Origin: Escherichia phage vB_EcoM-RPN226
Sequence record: OL770073.2
Direction: 5' to 3' (one strand)
DNA: 64,000 nucleotides
Below are positions 18,865 to 29,966 of this stretch, in pieces. Below the pieces are notes generated by a model. The model did no database searches, was not told the origin of the DNA, and saw only the letters and a program-made list of their open reading frames with translations. Every line of letters begins with the position of its first letter. Positions within the stretch are counted from its first letter, which is position 1. Position numbers and translations under genes: made by a program.

Positions 18865-21800
18865 CTATTTTAACCTGTGTTGGATTTTCAGGGTCTCTTG
18901 GATTTCCTATATTATCTTTTAGACGTTTATTAACTAAATCTCTAAATTGCGCAAATGTTGTTCCAGATGCATCAAATAGAGGACTCATTAATTTACGTCG
19001 TTCAGATGGCAATTGACCTTGAAATATTGAATTGTTATTTTCAGCATTATAGTCATCAGGAAGAGGATATTCTACGCCAGCCATTGGGCCAGGCTCGTAA
19101 ATTGCTTCGCCTGTTACTGAATCATGTTCGATTTCACCGGTTGGAGTTAATTTAGCTACTCTATCAGCATATTCAGTAGGCAATCCAGAATCCCATTTAT
19201 AGTTTTTGTATTTATTAATTATAGTCTCTGTATGTTTAAGAGTTAAACCAACATTAATAAACATTGTTAAAAGAGTAATTGCTATAAATCCAAATCCTAC
19301 TGGATGAACAAAACGAATAACGTCAGATTTCCAACGGGAAGAAGGCAAATTGGATTTAATTTTCATTACATAATATGATCGACTTCTATTAATATAGTCT
19401 ATATTATTTTGAAGCAAATCCTTCCCTTTAACTCCACGAATAATTTCGCCTTCAAAACTAGGAAGTCTTTCTGCTTTAACTTCTTGACCGGCAATCAATC
19501 TTCCCAAAAGATTATGAATAGTTACGGTCCATTGCAATTTACCGTTAGAATAACTTCTTTCTATATAAGTAACATTACATCTTCCTGTAGCTGTATAAAT
19601 TGTTTGTCCTACTAAGTCTTCAGTCAAAGAATCAGATTGAACGATTATATCATATTCAGTACCAGCCCCAGATTCAATTTCAATTTCAACTTCTTCATTA
19701 TAAAGAACTTTAAAAAGAAATTTGTACGATGCTTCAATTCCTTTAGTGGAATAAAAATCATAGCTGCGTGATTCGAAAAATCTTGCAACAGCATCGCGTT
19801 TGTCAGCATTCAAATAAATGTTTCTTTTATATATCTCTGACCACAAATATTCCCATGCATGCTCTTCTCGTGGATATTTGTTACGAATTAAATTTCGTAA
19901 ATTGTTATACTGAGTTCCATATCCATCAGAAAGATATTGAATATATGCTTCGCAAAATGCCTCAAAATTCGAATCCTGTAACAAATAAGAATCAGGCATC
20001 ATTGTGCCAATCAATGGTCTTAAATCAGGGTCAGCTAATCCACGCTCTTCTTCGGGCGACCAAGGAGTTTCATGCTCTTGGTTTTGTAAAAATGCTTTTA
20101 AAAATACTTCAGTTGGTTTCCAAATAATTTCTACGGTATCTCTAACACGATAGTTAAAATCATAGTAAGAAATTATTTCACCAGAGGCTTTATAGAAAAG
20201 CATCCCAGATGCATATTTTTTAAATCCAGTGAATTTAACATTTGGCATTACTATAGTACAATCGCCATCATCCCAGTATTCATGAACTAATCTATCTGGT
20301 GATGTTTCAGGAATATTTTCTATAACTTTAGTGTATTTTAAATCAGCATAAACTACTACAACCCTATCAGAGTTGTTTATCCAACAACGTGTGTTAGATT
20401 TTTTAGACCAGTTAAAGAATGGTTCTGCATAGTATTTCATCGGCTGAGGAGTAAAAGTTTCCCAATCAGACTTTTCATCTGCTATAAATGCCATCATATG
20501 ATAATGCTTATCAGCTAGCCATTCACGAGGAAATTCATATTTAACAGCACCGATTAACTGATATTTCGCTGCAGTTTCAGGGTCATTAACAATGTTATCA
20601 CTTAAAAATTTAAAATTACTCGAAGACAGAGAAACTAATTTACCATCAGTTGACATATTCGCATATCCAGGTTGAATACGTCTTCTTTCTTCTTCAGTGT
20701 TGCCAAAAACTCTTTTCCATGTTTTCGTGGCATGATTTAAAACATATATTCCTTTATCGGCAGAATCAATTATTTTTGATGTTCTAGGATTAGCATTTAA
20801 TGTTTCAACTTCTCCAACAATAAGAGCAAAAACTTTATCACCAATAGAATCCATTTTATAACATACTGCTTTAGGATTTCCAGTTATAGTCATCGTATCA
20901 GGTTCAAATAGCCTTTCCGAATATGTTGGAGATAATGGGTCAGAATCTATAGGTGCATTACTCGTTTTTATGTATCTAACTTTGTCTCTGGCGACAACGT
21001 AAATGTAATCATCGGTGCAAGTAATAGCTTCTGCAATGCGGTATACATTAGCTGGCAAAGTCGCGTAAGTGGCAAAAATTTCTACATCAAATCCTAGATG
21101 TAATTGGTCGCCAAGTTTAGCAAATGTTATATCCTGCGAACTAAATCTGACATCATCAGCTGACCATCTAACATCAGTAGATTTGCGGCCATAGAAAATC
21201 TTGTCGTATCCTAGAACGTATGTTGTGTTTGCAGATTGGTAATATACTGTCTTAGATAAAGGATATCCTACGCGGTCATTGAAGAGTTTTACAGCTTTCC
21301 AAGTTTGTCCTTTATCATTAGATACTTTAACTACAGGTTGATAACGCTCAAAAAGATATAGAATCCCTTCTGATTCCATCAAATAAACTCGGTTAATATC
21401 CTTACATACTTGCTGAATAGAACCTTGTATTTCATGATACTCATTTTCACCAATAATAAAATTACTTATTGATGAAACATCAACATATGATGGGCTGAAT
21501 TGAAACGATTCGTTCATCAATGCAGCCATTATAGTGTCATTGTTAAAATTGACATAGTCAGAATTATTAAGAGTAAATTTTTCCTGAATGAATTTATTAG
21601 CTAATTGCATTTCAATCATGTTTTGAAATGTATAAGCGTTTGTAGCAAAAGTTTCAAACTCTTCAGTATAAATCCAATCAGACTGCTCAAAATCCTGCGC
21701 AGCTGTAGCTACTCTAATAATGTACGATGTCAATGGATTAGCGTTATCAAAAAAGAAGCTGTTATTTGCAGTATATCCTAAGTTAATCCATCTGTATTGA

Positions 21801-21955
21801 TTACTCGGGAGATTTTCCCCCGAGTTTGTTTTTGTCTCAGCGATTTCTACAAAATAGTAGAAATTAGCACCAACGTCATCCCAGCGTACTTGCACCTGAT
21901 TTGCGGATAACTTGGAAATTCTGAGACTAGTGACTGAAGGTGCTTTTACTGTCAT
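18857..21955 (-). CDS. 7: baseplate wedge protein gp7
   Basis: 1032 aa, identical length to T4 gp7. Confidence 0.85.
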   Translation of the reverse strand: MTVKAPSVTSLRISKLSANQVQVRWDDVGANFYYFVEIAETKTNSGENLPSNQYRWINLGYTANNSFFFDNANPLTSYIIRVATAAQDFEQSDWIYTEEFETFATNAYTFQNMIEMQLANKFIQEKFTLNNSDYVNFNNDTIMAALMNESFQFSPSYVDVSSISNFIIGENEYHEIQGSIQQVCKDINRVYLMESEGILYLFERYQPVVKVSNDKGQTWKAVKLFNDRVGYPLSKTVYYQSANTTYVLGYDKIFYGRKSTDVRWSADDVRFSSQDITFAKLGDQLHLGFDVEIFATYATLPANVYRIAEAITCTDDYIYVVARDKVRYIKTSNAPIDSDPLSPTYSERLFEPDTMTITGNPKAVCYKMDSIGDKVFALIVGEVETLNANPRTSKIIDSADKGIYVLNHATKTWKRVFGNTEEERRRIQPGYANMSTDGKLVSLSSSNFKFLSDNIVNDPETAAKYQLIGAVKYEFPREWLADKHYHMMAFIADEKSDWETFTPQPMKYYAEPFFNWSKKSNTRCWINNSDRVVVVYADLKYTKVIENIPETSPDRLVHEYWDDGDCTIVMPNVKFTGFKKYASGMLFYKASGEIISYYDFNYRVRDTVEIIWKPTEVFLKAFLQNQEHETPWSPEEERGLADPDLRPLIGTMMPDSYLLQDSNFEAFCEAYIQYLSDGYGTQYNNLRNLIRNKYPREEHAWEYLWSEIYKRNIYLNADKRDAVARFFESRSYDFYSTKGIEASYKFLFKVLYNEEVEIEIESGAGTEYDIIVQSDSLTEDLVGQTIYTATGRCNVTYIERSYSNGKLQWTVTIHNLLGRLIAGQEVKAERLPSFEGEIIRGVKGKDLLQNNIDYINRSRSYYVMKIKSNLPSSRWKSDVIRFVHPVGFGFIAITLLTMFINVGLTLKHTETIINKYKNYKWDSGLPTEYADRVAKLTPTGEIEHDSVTGEAIYEPGPMAGVEYPLPDDYNAENNNSIFQGQLPSERRKLMSPLFDASGTTFAQFRDLVNKRLKDNIGNPRDPENPTQVKIDE

Positions 21956-23934
21956 TGTGATATAGGCTCCAAATCGATAGTTAAGTATTGTGGACGTAAA
22001 TCATTTTCAAATACAATCAGTGAACCATCGCGTGTGAAAATAACATCGTCTATTGGATCAGAATATAGCTCAATAGTCTGAACCTCAAATTTATCGGATG
22101 TTAAATTAATTTTAGCGATATTCCAATAAATCATGTCAGCTGGATAATTTATTTCACCGATAACGTAGTATTTGTCGCGTCCATCGGAACTTGCTAATTT
22201 ATTAAAATCATTGCCTGTATATGGCTGAATGTTTTCATTTTCTGTAACATCGCCAGAAGCAAATGGACCAATAATAACTTTACCAATTCCTTTAGAATCT
22301 CGGTCTGTTGATACTATGCGAACGTCATATAATACATCTTCTTCTAAACCAGTATCAGGATTTACAACCTTTCGTCCAGAATTAAATGAAAACGTATTAG
22401 ATTCCATAGAACGATCTTTTATTTGATTATTGTATTTAATACCTGCTTCAGGCGTTTTATAGAAGTTTTGTACTTCACGAACAATTTGAATTGTCGCTGA
22501 TGAACCAATGATAGAATGATCTGCATCATCTACATATGTCAACATCTTAGATTTAGCGAAAGATGAGTTAAAAATTTCTACGTCTTCGGTATAATAACGA
22601 TCAATTTTATCAATTATTTGACCTTCGAGCCACTGTTCGGATTCTTGCAGCTTATTTAAAGCATATGTGACTTTTAAATTAGTCTTAATAAAAAGATAAT
22701 TAGGAGAAATAATTGATGGCGTAATAGGAGCTAAATTATAGTCTTTGAGATAATTTTTAATATCTTCGCGCTGTACAGTAGTTAAATACAACCCTGATTT
22801 AGGTTTAGCCGCAATAAATGCATAACCAGGTTTAGTAGAATCAGTGAAAGTCTGAACTGCTTGAATAATAGAACCAAATCTCTCTGAGACGAATGTATCA
22901 TAGTCAGTTGCAGTTACGCAGCGTTGCTGGGTTTCGCGTTTAATAGTACCCAATTCGCGAATACGTTCAATATCTTCTGGATCGCCGCCGCCATCTGCCC
23001 CAACAAAATCTGGGTCATCGTTTGGATTTTCATTAATGTTGATGACAGTTATATTTGTTAATGTATCTGCATATGAAAATCCGACTGCGCCATTCGCATC
23101 TGCGCCGTTAGTACTGATGTACTCAATAACAATCGTAGAGTTCTGAGTAGGTTTAAGACCCCCAATATAATTAGCAGTCAATGCTCCTTCTGCCGCATTA
23201 ACAGAAATCTCACCTTCACCAAAATAAAACTCAGTATTTCCATCAATAGTTTCACGCATGTAGTAAATTGTTGATGTAGAACCAGCATGAACCATTGACT
23301 TTCTTGTCCAGTTAATCCATTCTGCTCCATCAACGTACAGTTTAACTTGGTTTCTATCTATATTTTTGTCATAAATGATAATAGGTGTTAATTTATCATA
23401 AATGATTTCAGTTCTTACTATACGTCCCTGGGCTAATTTTAAACGCGGAAAATACTGGTTATTTTTATCGCGAATAGCAATAACATCTTCGGTAGATACA
23501 AAGTTATAAGGATTAACTGAAGTATCTTTTGCATATGCTAAAAAGCGAGTACCACGAGGAATAGTAATGTAATTTCTATTCAATGCATCTGTACAAGTTA
23601 GCATAATTTCAGTTTGAGCAGCTGATTTTGAAGTAGGTAAATATCCATTATCTTGTGCCGCTTGAACTACTGAACTACGTAAGTTAGCAGTACGCATAAA
23701 ACTTTCATACACGGCAGCATTACCAAACTGCTGAATGTATAATGTATTATAAGCCAAAAGGTCGCACAGAACGTTTAATCTTGAGCCTTCAAAATCATAA
23801 TCCAAAAATTCATTTTGGCCATTAAGCCATTCAATGAGGTTTTGTTTTATTTCAGCAAATGTACCCCCGACGAATATCTCGGGAATAGCATTTGCTGTTC
23901 TTGTTAATTGATAATTTACAGGGGTATTTGCCAT
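21952..23934 (-). CDS. 6: baseplate wedge protein gp6
   Basis: 660 aa, identical length to T4 gp6. Confidence 0.85.
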   Translation of the reverse strand: MANTPVNYQLTRTANAIPEIFVGGTFAEIKQNLIEWLNGQNEFLDYDFEGSRLNVLCDLLAYNTLYIQQFGNAAVYESFMRTANLRSSVVQAAQDNGYLPTSKSAAQTEIMLTCTDALNRNYITIPRGTRFLAYAKDTSVNPYNFVSTEDVIAIRDKNNQYFPRLKLAQGRIVRTEIIYDKLTPIIIYDKNIDRNQVKLYVDGAEWINWTRKSMVHAGSTSTIYYMRETIDGNTEFYFGEGEISVNAAEGALTANYIGGLKPTQNSTIVIEYISTNGADANGAVGFSYADTLTNITVININENPNDDPDFVGADGGGDPEDIERIRELGTIKRETQQRCVTATDYDTFVSERFGSIIQAVQTFTDSTKPGYAFIAAKPKSGLYLTTVQREDIKNYLKDYNLAPITPSIISPNYLFIKTNLKVTYALNKLQESEQWLEGQIIDKIDRYYTEDVEIFNSSFAKSKMLTYVDDADHSIIGSSATIQIVREVQNFYKTPEAGIKYNNQIKDRSMESNTFSFNSGRKVVNPDTGLEEDVLYDVRIVSTDRDSKGIGKVIIGPFASGDVTENENIQPYTGNDFNKLASSDGRDKYYVIGEINYPADMIYWNIAKINLTSDKFEVQTIELYSDPIDDVIFTRDGSLIVFENDLRPQYLTIDLEPISQ

Positions 23935-23942
23935 TTTAAATC

Positions 23943-24236
23943 CTATTTAATGAATACTTTAGATGATGCCTGAGCCACAGTATCACCGCATGATATTGGA
24001 TCAGCCATTTGAACAGCTTTCTTTCCAGTGACATATACCTTAGAAGTTCTAGGTTGTGTCACTCCGCCATGTGTTTCATATGGCTTTTTAATTTCTGTAT
24101 GTTCTGTAATTGGATCACCTGCTACGAGAACAGCAATTCCTCCAGTGAATACTTTACTTTGTGTAGCATTCACAACCGTTGGAGGCCATGCTTCATGGCC
24201 GGCAGTAACACACTTATCATAACTTAATCCTGACAT
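23943..24236 (-). CDS. 5.4: baseplate spike tip protein gp5.4 (PAAR-like)
   Basis: 97 aa small protein between 5.1 and 6, size as T4 gp5.4. Confidence 0.75.
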
Positions 24237-24773
24237 TTATGGCCTCTCATACACGTAGCTTCTCAATTTATTAGCCCAACGACTCCAATTTCCAACTATA
24301 GTTTTTGTATAATTTTTAACAAGAGTTTTTCTTATTGGAGCTGGAGGATTCGTTGGTTCAGTAGTATCAGAAGATGACCTAGAATTACTGCCAGAACCTC
24401 CAGATTCACCTTGTTCTTGATAGTCATATATTAATGTTACTTCGTAAGTGAATGTCTTCTGGAGGTTTTGAGGAGCTTTCCATAGATATAACTGAGTATT
24501 AGAATCAGTTGGAAGGTCTTCCCATGAAGCAGCAGTTTTAAATTCATTATCTAAACGATATTTCAACACATCATTTCCAAATCCAAACACAGATTCATAC
24601 GTTCCATATAAACGATTTTCTTCTACTAAAATCCCAGGAGTTTCTTCGTAACTAGTTATATTTATAGATACTAACGTTTCACCTGTTTCTAATTGAGCGG
24701 TAAAGGTGACGTCGATAGAAGAACCTTCCATGGATTCTCCTAAATCAGCGCTCATTGGAAGTATATTAGCCAA
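24237..24773 (-). CDS. 5.1: gp5.1-like protein
   Basis: 178 aa ORF immediately upstream of 5.4; position as T4 5.1. Confidence 0.6.
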
Positions 24774-25632
24774 TTGTTGAATTCTCTAATGATGTAAATT
24801 TATAATCACATTTTTTCAACGCTTTTAAAATTGCGTTATAACTTACATCCGGGAGGTCGTGTTCAATTGCTTTTTCTCTAAACCATTTGTATTTCTGTGG
24901 ATGTGGTTTTCCCAAATCCTCCCAAAGTTTTTTGACTTTTTCTATACTAATCCAAGGTTCAACTGATCTTAGTTTTTTATTTCTAGCATCTAATCTCGAT
25001 TTTCTTATCAAAGGATCATTCCATGATTGTTTCGTTCCTTCTATTTTTCCTGGATGATTGATTAATTTGTTTCTATATTCATCAGATTTCCATAAAGATT
25101 TAACGGTATTAGAAATACGAATTTTTAATGTTGGATCATTTTCAAAAGCAGTTTTCATCGCATTACTCATTTTCTTTCGATATTCTGGCGATGCGCATCT
25201 TTCTTTGTTTATTTTAGATATTTTCTCTGAAAATTCTTTAGTTGACGTTGATTTAGCTAATGCCTTCAATTGAGCTTTCCTATATTCAGGATTAGACCAC
25301 ATTCTCTTCAAATCTTCGGATGAAAAACCATCACCGCCGGATTTTATATTGGTACATAGAATATCAGATGATTTATATTTCGAAATCCAATATCTTTCTC
25401 TTGAATTGAGGATTTCATAAGTAGAAACAAATTCAATTATTTCAAAATCTATTTTATAACCAGGTTTATTACGTATCTTTTTAATATAATCACCGGAACC
25501 TCTATACTTATCATTTTCTAAATCAAAATATCTAGATTCATGTTTACCAATATAAACCCGTACTAATCCTTTCGGATTAGTAACGGTTGTTTTATATATG
25601 TATCTAAATTGAACTGTGTTAGATTTTTTCAT
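24766..25632 (-). CDS. GIY-YIG homing endonuclease with repeated NUMOD3-like DNA-binding motifs (Seg-like)
   Basis: N-terminus FRYIYKTT...VRVYIGKHE resembles a GIY-YIG motif; C-terminal repeats WSNPEYRKAQL / SPEYRKKMS / WKSDEYRNKL / WNDPLIRKSRL are NUMOD3-like. Confidence 0.75.
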   Translation of the reverse strand: MKKSNTVQFRYIYKTTVTNPKGLVRVYIGKHESRYFDLENDKYRGSGDYIKKIRNKPGYKIDFEIIEFVSTYEILNSRERYWISKYKSSDILCTNIKSGGDGFSSEDLKRMWSNPEYRKAQLKALAKSTSTKEFSEKISKINKERCASPEYRKKMSNAMKTAFENDPTLKIRISNTVKSLWKSDEYRNKLINHPGKIEGTKQSWNDPLIRKSRLDARNKKLRSVEPWISIEKVKKLWEDLGKPHPQKYKWFREKAIEHDLPDVSYNAILKALKKCDYKFTSLENSTIG

Positions 25633-25648
25633 AATTCACCTCTGGAAT

Positions 25649-25656
25649 TATTTATA
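25649..25656 (-). promoter_or_regulatory. late promoter TATAAATA upstream of the GIY-YIG gene
   Basis: Plus-strand TATTTATA overlapping gp5 stop, 17 nt upstream of the GIY-YIG start. Confidence 0.5.
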
Positions 25657-27382
25657 AACCTACGTCTATACGGCTACCATCAATTGTGTATTGACCAGAT
25701 GAAATAGAACTCATAGATGCCATTTTTTCTGTCCAATCTCCACCAACGTCCCAATCAACTGTCCCAGCAACTTTCCAAGAAAGATTTCCATTTACTGTAT
25801 TAGTCTGATTTCCTTCAACTAAAGTGGTAGCATCCCCTTTAACTGTAATGTCAGCATTACCTTCAACTACAATAGTAACATTACCTTTGACTAGGATAGT
25901 TCCATTACCTTCAACTGTCTTAGTTTCATCGCCACGTACAAATATTGTATTGCTTCCATCTATTTGATGGAGACGATTATCCATGTTGTAATAAATTTCT
26001 GATCCACCGACGTTAGTCTTTTTATCGCCAGCTACCAAAAAATTACCATCAGCATTTGTTATATCATACAAATTATCAACAGTTTTTCTTGTTCTTCTTC
26101 CTGATGGTGATACTTCCTCATATGTTCCAGTTGGATGAACTAATCTGTATCGTTCTTGTCCCGGGGTATCGTCAAATTCCTGAATATGACCGCTTTCAGT
26201 TTCCATTGTGTGAACATACGGATATTCACCTTTATATGAAGAAACAGGTTCTTTGAATAAAATTCTTGAATCATTCGGAATAGGAGGGTCAGCCGGGTCA
26301 GAAGACTTTGCTACAGTAGCAGCCATTGCCGACAAAGACCTAGCTGGTGTTTTCACTTCAATACCATATGATTCCAAATTACCGGTAAGAATAATCATGG
26401 TAACACGGGATGCACGGCCTTTTGTTTGTTGATACCACAATGAATCACGACCAGCTTTATATGCTTTTTCCCAATCTCCGGCTAACATAGCAGTTAACAT
26501 TGTGTTAAATTTAGCTACACCGCCAACGCCCATCTGAAATGCCATATTTTCTAACGCCATTTGACGAGAACGATTAACTGCCTGCCAAACTGGGCCAACT
26601 TTAGAATGTGATTTAATGTCACGTTGCATATCAGCTAAATCACGTTCAAATAAAGTTACCGCTTCTTCCATTGTAATAGAACCTGGATTTCCGGTAATTT
26701 CACGACCAACTTGTTTTGATAAAACTTTATTAATTTGGGCCATATCACGAACTGGCTGCTTCATGATAAGATGACCAATACCAATTGTCGGATATCCTTC
26801 GGTATCCCAATAAACTTTTAGTCTTAATCCTTCATCGCGGCGAAGCATTTCAGCCATTGACATATTTGGATTATCATCAATTGGAATCTCTGATAGTGGT
26901 CTATCATCAGGATTTATCGCAGTGTCTAAATTACTATCTTGGATAATATTAGAAGACGAATCATATCCTACTTCTCCGCCTTGGTTTAATACGTTAGTAT
27001 CATTTCCTAGACGTCTAGGATACTGTCCAGTCGGGTCAGAAAATCCTTCAAGTCTATTAGGCTTTTCGCGAACTATTCCACCATACGTGCCAAGGACAAT
27101 TCCGTTAGTTTTCCATTTGTCTAAAAAATGACCATAAACTCTAGTTCCTTCTACCGGACCAGTAACGGAGCCTCCAATTCCAGACATTGCTGCAGAAGTT
27201 ATAGGTTGAATAACTGACATCCATGGTAATTTATCAGTTGGAATACCCATTACATCACCTTGCGCTCTTTGAGGTGGATGCAGACCAACCACACGAACAC
27301 GAACACGACCTAATTTTAATGGGTCCATTCTATCTTCAACAACACCAACAAACCAATTAAGGTTATTACTTATCATTTCCAT
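25652..27382 (-). CDS. 5: baseplate hub subunit and tail lysozyme gp5
   Basis: 576 aa; internal lysozyme domain EGLRLKVYWDTEGYPTIGIGHLI paralogous to gene e lysozyme; beta-helix-like VxGxxT repeats at C-terminus. Confidence 0.9.
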   Translation of the reverse strand: MEMISNNLNWFVGVVEDRMDPLKLGRVRVRVVGLHPPQRAQGDVMGIPTDKLPWMSVIQPITSAAMSGIGGSVTGPVEGTRVYGHFLDKWKTNGIVLGTYGGIVREKPNRLEGFSDPTGQYPRRLGNDTNVLNQGGEVGYDSSSNIIQDSNLDTAINPDDRPLSEIPIDDNPNMSMAEMLRRDEGLRLKVYWDTEGYPTIGIGHLIMKQPVRDMAQINKVLSKQVGREITGNPGSITMEEAVTLFERDLADMQRDIKSHSKVGPVWQAVNRSRQMALENMAFQMGVGGVAKFNTMLTAMLAGDWEKAYKAGRDSLWYQQTKGRASRVTMIILTGNLESYGIEVKTPARSLSAMAATVAKSSDPADPPIPNDSRILFKEPVSSYKGEYPYVHTMETESGHIQEFDDTPGQERYRLVHPTGTYEEVSPSGRRTRKTVDNLYDITNADGNFLVAGDKKTNVGGSEIYYNMDNRLHQIDGSNTIFVRGDETKTVEGNGTILVKGNVTIVVEGNADITVKGDATTLVEGNQTNTVNGNLSWKVAGTVDWDVGGDWTEKMASMSSISSGQYTIDGSRIDVGL

Positions 27383-27956
27383 AAGATTTCTCCATTATAC
27401 GTATAAGGTCGTTCATAAATGAATTGATGTCTGATTTTGCTATTATTTTTATTTGACGAAGTTTTTCATTTTCAAGAACAGCAGCTTCATACGTATCGAC
27501 CGCAGCAAGTGCTCCTTCATATTGAGGATATTTTCTAGCTTTATCGCCTTTGTCATACCAAACATATGGATTATCATCGTATGATATTAAATTATAAAAT
27601 TTTTCACCGTTCTCATTCACATGATATACTATTTGGTCTCCACCTACATTTTTGTATTTTTGTATAGATGCTTGATAAGCAGCTTCTTGTGAAGTAATCC
27701 ATCCATAATACGGATCATAATTATCATTACACATCAATAAAACCCAATACAACTGTGGATTTCCATATATAGCATTTGCTAATTCTTCCGGGCGTGGTGA
27801 ACCTTTAATATAATAAGTACGTAAACGGTATCCCGCAAGAGCGCGTTTGAAATAGTCTTTATAGTTTCTAAAAATATCTGTCATAGGAATAGTCGGCGCG
27901 TTTTTATTCACCGTTTTGGCCGCATATTCAATCGGATCAAAAAATGTAAAGAGCAT
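27366..27956 (-). CDS. 53: baseplate wedge protein gp53
   Basis: 196 aa, identical length to T4 gp53; directly upstream of gene 5. Confidence 0.85.
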   Translation of the reverse strand: MLFTFFDPIEYAAKTVNKNAPTIPMTDIFRNYKDYFKRALAGYRLRTYYIKGSPRPEELANAIYGNPQLYWVLLMCNDNYDPYYGWITSQEAAYQASIQKYKNVGGDQIVYHVNENGEKFYNLISYDDNPYVWYDKGDKARKYPQYEGALAAVDTYEAAVLENEKLRQIKIIAKSDINSFMNDLIRIMEKSYGNDK

Positions 27957-27968
27957 GGGCCCTCCTGT

Positions 27969-27976
27969 TTATAAAT
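27969..27976 (+). promoter_or_regulatory. T4-type late promoter TATAAATA (for gene 4)
   Basis: Exact TATAAATA 28 nt upstream of gene 4 ATG. Confidence 0.6.
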
Positions 27977-27983
27977 ATATTAT

Positions 27984-27991
27984 CTATTTAT
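27984..27991 (-). promoter_or_regulatory. T4-type late promoter TATAAATA on minus strand (for gene 53 and 5)
   Basis: Plus-strand TATTTATA = minus TATAAATA, upstream of gene 53 start; divergent with the gene 4 promoter. Confidence 0.6.
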
Positions 27992-28003
27992 AAGGAGAAT
28001 CCA

Positions 28004-28456
28004 ATGGCATATTCTGGAAAATGGGTTCCTAAAAATATATCAAAATATAGAGGTGACCCTAAAAAAATTACGTATAGATCAAATTGGGAAAAATTCTTTT
28101 TTGAATGGTTAGATAAAAATCCAGAAATTATTGCATGGGGTAGTGAAACAGCAGTAATTCCTTATTTTTGTAATGCAGAAGGGAAAAAACGTAGATACTT
28201 CATGGATATTTGGATGAAAGATTCTTCTGGACAAGAATTTTTTATTGAAATAAAACCTAAAAAAGAAACACAACCACCAGTTAAACCGGCACATCTAACA
28301 ACTGCAGCGAAGAAAAGATTTATGAATGAAATTTATACATATTCCGTTAATACTGATAAATGGAAAGCAGCGCAATCTTTAGCTGAAAAGCGTGGAATAA
28401 AATTTAGAATTCTAACAGAAGATGGATTAAGAGCTCTTGGCTTTAAGGGGGCATAA
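28004..28456 (+). CDS. 4: head completion protein gp4
   Basis: 150 aa, same length as T4 gp4; divergent from gene 53. Confidence 0.8.
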   Translation: MAYSGKWVPKNISKYRGDPKKITYRSNWEKFFFEWLDKNPEIIAWGSETAVIPYFCNAEGKKRRYFMDIWMKDSSGQEFFIEIKPKKETQPPVKPAHLTTAAKKRFMNEIYTYSVNTDKWKAAQSLAEKRGIKFRILTEDGLRALGFKGA

Positions 28457-29280
28457 TGGCTATTTTTCAAATAATTAATGAAAGCACTCCCCAAGTTCCA
28501 AAGGTTAAGCAATCATTAAACGAAAAGAAATGGATTCAGATAGGTCTTGAATACAAAAAGGCCAAAGCAAAAGGAATGACAGGAAAGCAATTTGCCGAAG
28601 AAAGAGGAATCAAATACTCTACGTTTACTTCGGCAATGTCAAAATATGCTTCAGGAATTAAAACGGCTGAAAAGATTCAAAAGCTTGAATCAAAACCAAT
28701 GAATAAACTCAATAAGCAAGAAAGACAACTGCTTATGATAAATTCATTCAGGCAAACATTGCGTGATAAAATTCGTAATGAAGGTGCAGCAATTAATAAT
28801 AAAACCAGAAAGTGGTTTGCTGAAACTATTAAGCAAGTAAAAGGACATAAAGTTGTTCGCCCGCAGCCGGGACGAATATATGCTTTTGCTTATGATGCTA
28901 AACACAAAGAAACTCTTCCTTATTGGGATAAATTTCCTTTGATAATTTACCTCGGTTTAGGTAAACATAATTTAATGTACGGATTGAACTTGCACTATAT
29001 TCCACCTAAAGCTCGTCAACAGTTTCTAGAAGAGCTTTTAAAGCAATATTCAAATACACCTACTATTACTAATAAAACGAAATTAAAAATTGATTGGAGT
29101 CAAGTGAAAGGATTTAGGGGTGCAGACCAAATGATTAAGGCATATATACCTGGTAATATTATGGGTAGCCTTGTTGAAATCGCCCCGAAAGACTGGGCGA
29201 ACGTTGTGTTAATGCCACTCCAAAGCTTCTACTCCAAAGGAAAACGTTTCTCTGCAAACAAAGTCTGGTCAAATATCTAA
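28456..29280 (+). CDS. 2: DNA end protector protein gp2
   Basis: 274 aa, same length as T4 gp2; synteny 4-2-3. Confidence 0.8.
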   Translation: MAIFQIINESTPQVPKVKQSLNEKKWIQIGLEYKKAKAKGMTGKQFAEERGIKYSTFTSAMSKYASGIKTAEKIQKLESKPMNKLNKQERQLLMINSFRQTLRDKIRNEGAAINNKTRKWFAETIKQVKGHKVVRPQPGRIYAFAYDAKHKETLPYWDKFPLIIYLGLGKHNLMYGLNLHYIPPKARQQFLEELLKQYSNTPTITNKTKLKIDWSQVKGFRGADQMIKAYIPGNIMGSLVEIAPKDWANVVLMPLQSFYSKGKRFSANKVWSNI

Positions 29281-29386
29281 TTCTATTATCTTCCATTCTT
29301 TTCTATTGTTTGTTCTAAATGGAATTGAATGGAAGAGACCTAAAACCATTATACCACCAACAGTTATAAAGCATTATGAGGAATAT

Positions 29387-29917
29387 ATGTCGCAAGCTCT
29401 GCAACAAATTTTTAACCAAGCCAATACAACTAACTTTGTAGTATCAATACCACACAGTAATACTACATCTGCTTTTACTTTAAACGCTCAGTCAGTTCCT
29501 ATTCCAGGAATTAGAATACCTGTTACTGATACCGTGACTGGACCGTTTGGACTAGGCCGAGCACAACGCCCAGGAGTTACATTTGAGTACGATCCACTCA
29601 TCGTGAGATTTATAGTTGATGAAGAGCTTAAGTCGTGGATAGGAATGTATGAATGGATGCTAGGAACTAGTAACTATCTTACAGGCGAAAATACTGCCCA
29701 AAAAACAGGTCCTGAATACATTACGCTTTACATTTTAGATAATAGTAAAACTGAAATCGTGATGTCAATAAATTTTTATAAGCCTTGGGTTTCTGACCTG
29801 TCTGAAGTAGAATTTAGCTACACGGAAGATTCAGACCCAGCCTTAGTATGCACAGCAACGATTCCTTATACGTATTTTCAAGTAGAAAAAGATGGTAAAA
29901 TTATAGCAGAAGTTTAA
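29387..29917 (+). CDS. 3: tail completion / sheath stabiliser gp3 (start at internal Met, 176 aa)
   Basis: ORF track 203 aa; Met-28 start gives 176 aa as in T4 gp3. Confidence 0.75.
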   Translation: MSQALQQIFNQANTTNFVVSIPHSNTTSAFTLNAQSVPIPGIRIPVTDTVTGPFGLGRAQRPGVTFEYDPLIVRFIVDEELKSWIGMYEWMLGTSNYLTGENTAQKTGPEYITLYILDNSKTEIVMSINFYKPWVSDLSEVEFSYTEDSDPALVCTATIPYTYFQVEKDGKIIAEV

Positions 29918-29941
29918 TGCTTAAGTTTCATGTGTTATAAT
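29918..29941 (+). promoter_or_regulatory. MotA-dependent middle promoter candidate (gene 1)
   Basis: TGCTTA (MotA box) followed after 12 bp by TATAAT. Confidence 0.45.
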
Positions 29942-29966
29942 CTTAACTAAATTTGAGGAGAAACAT

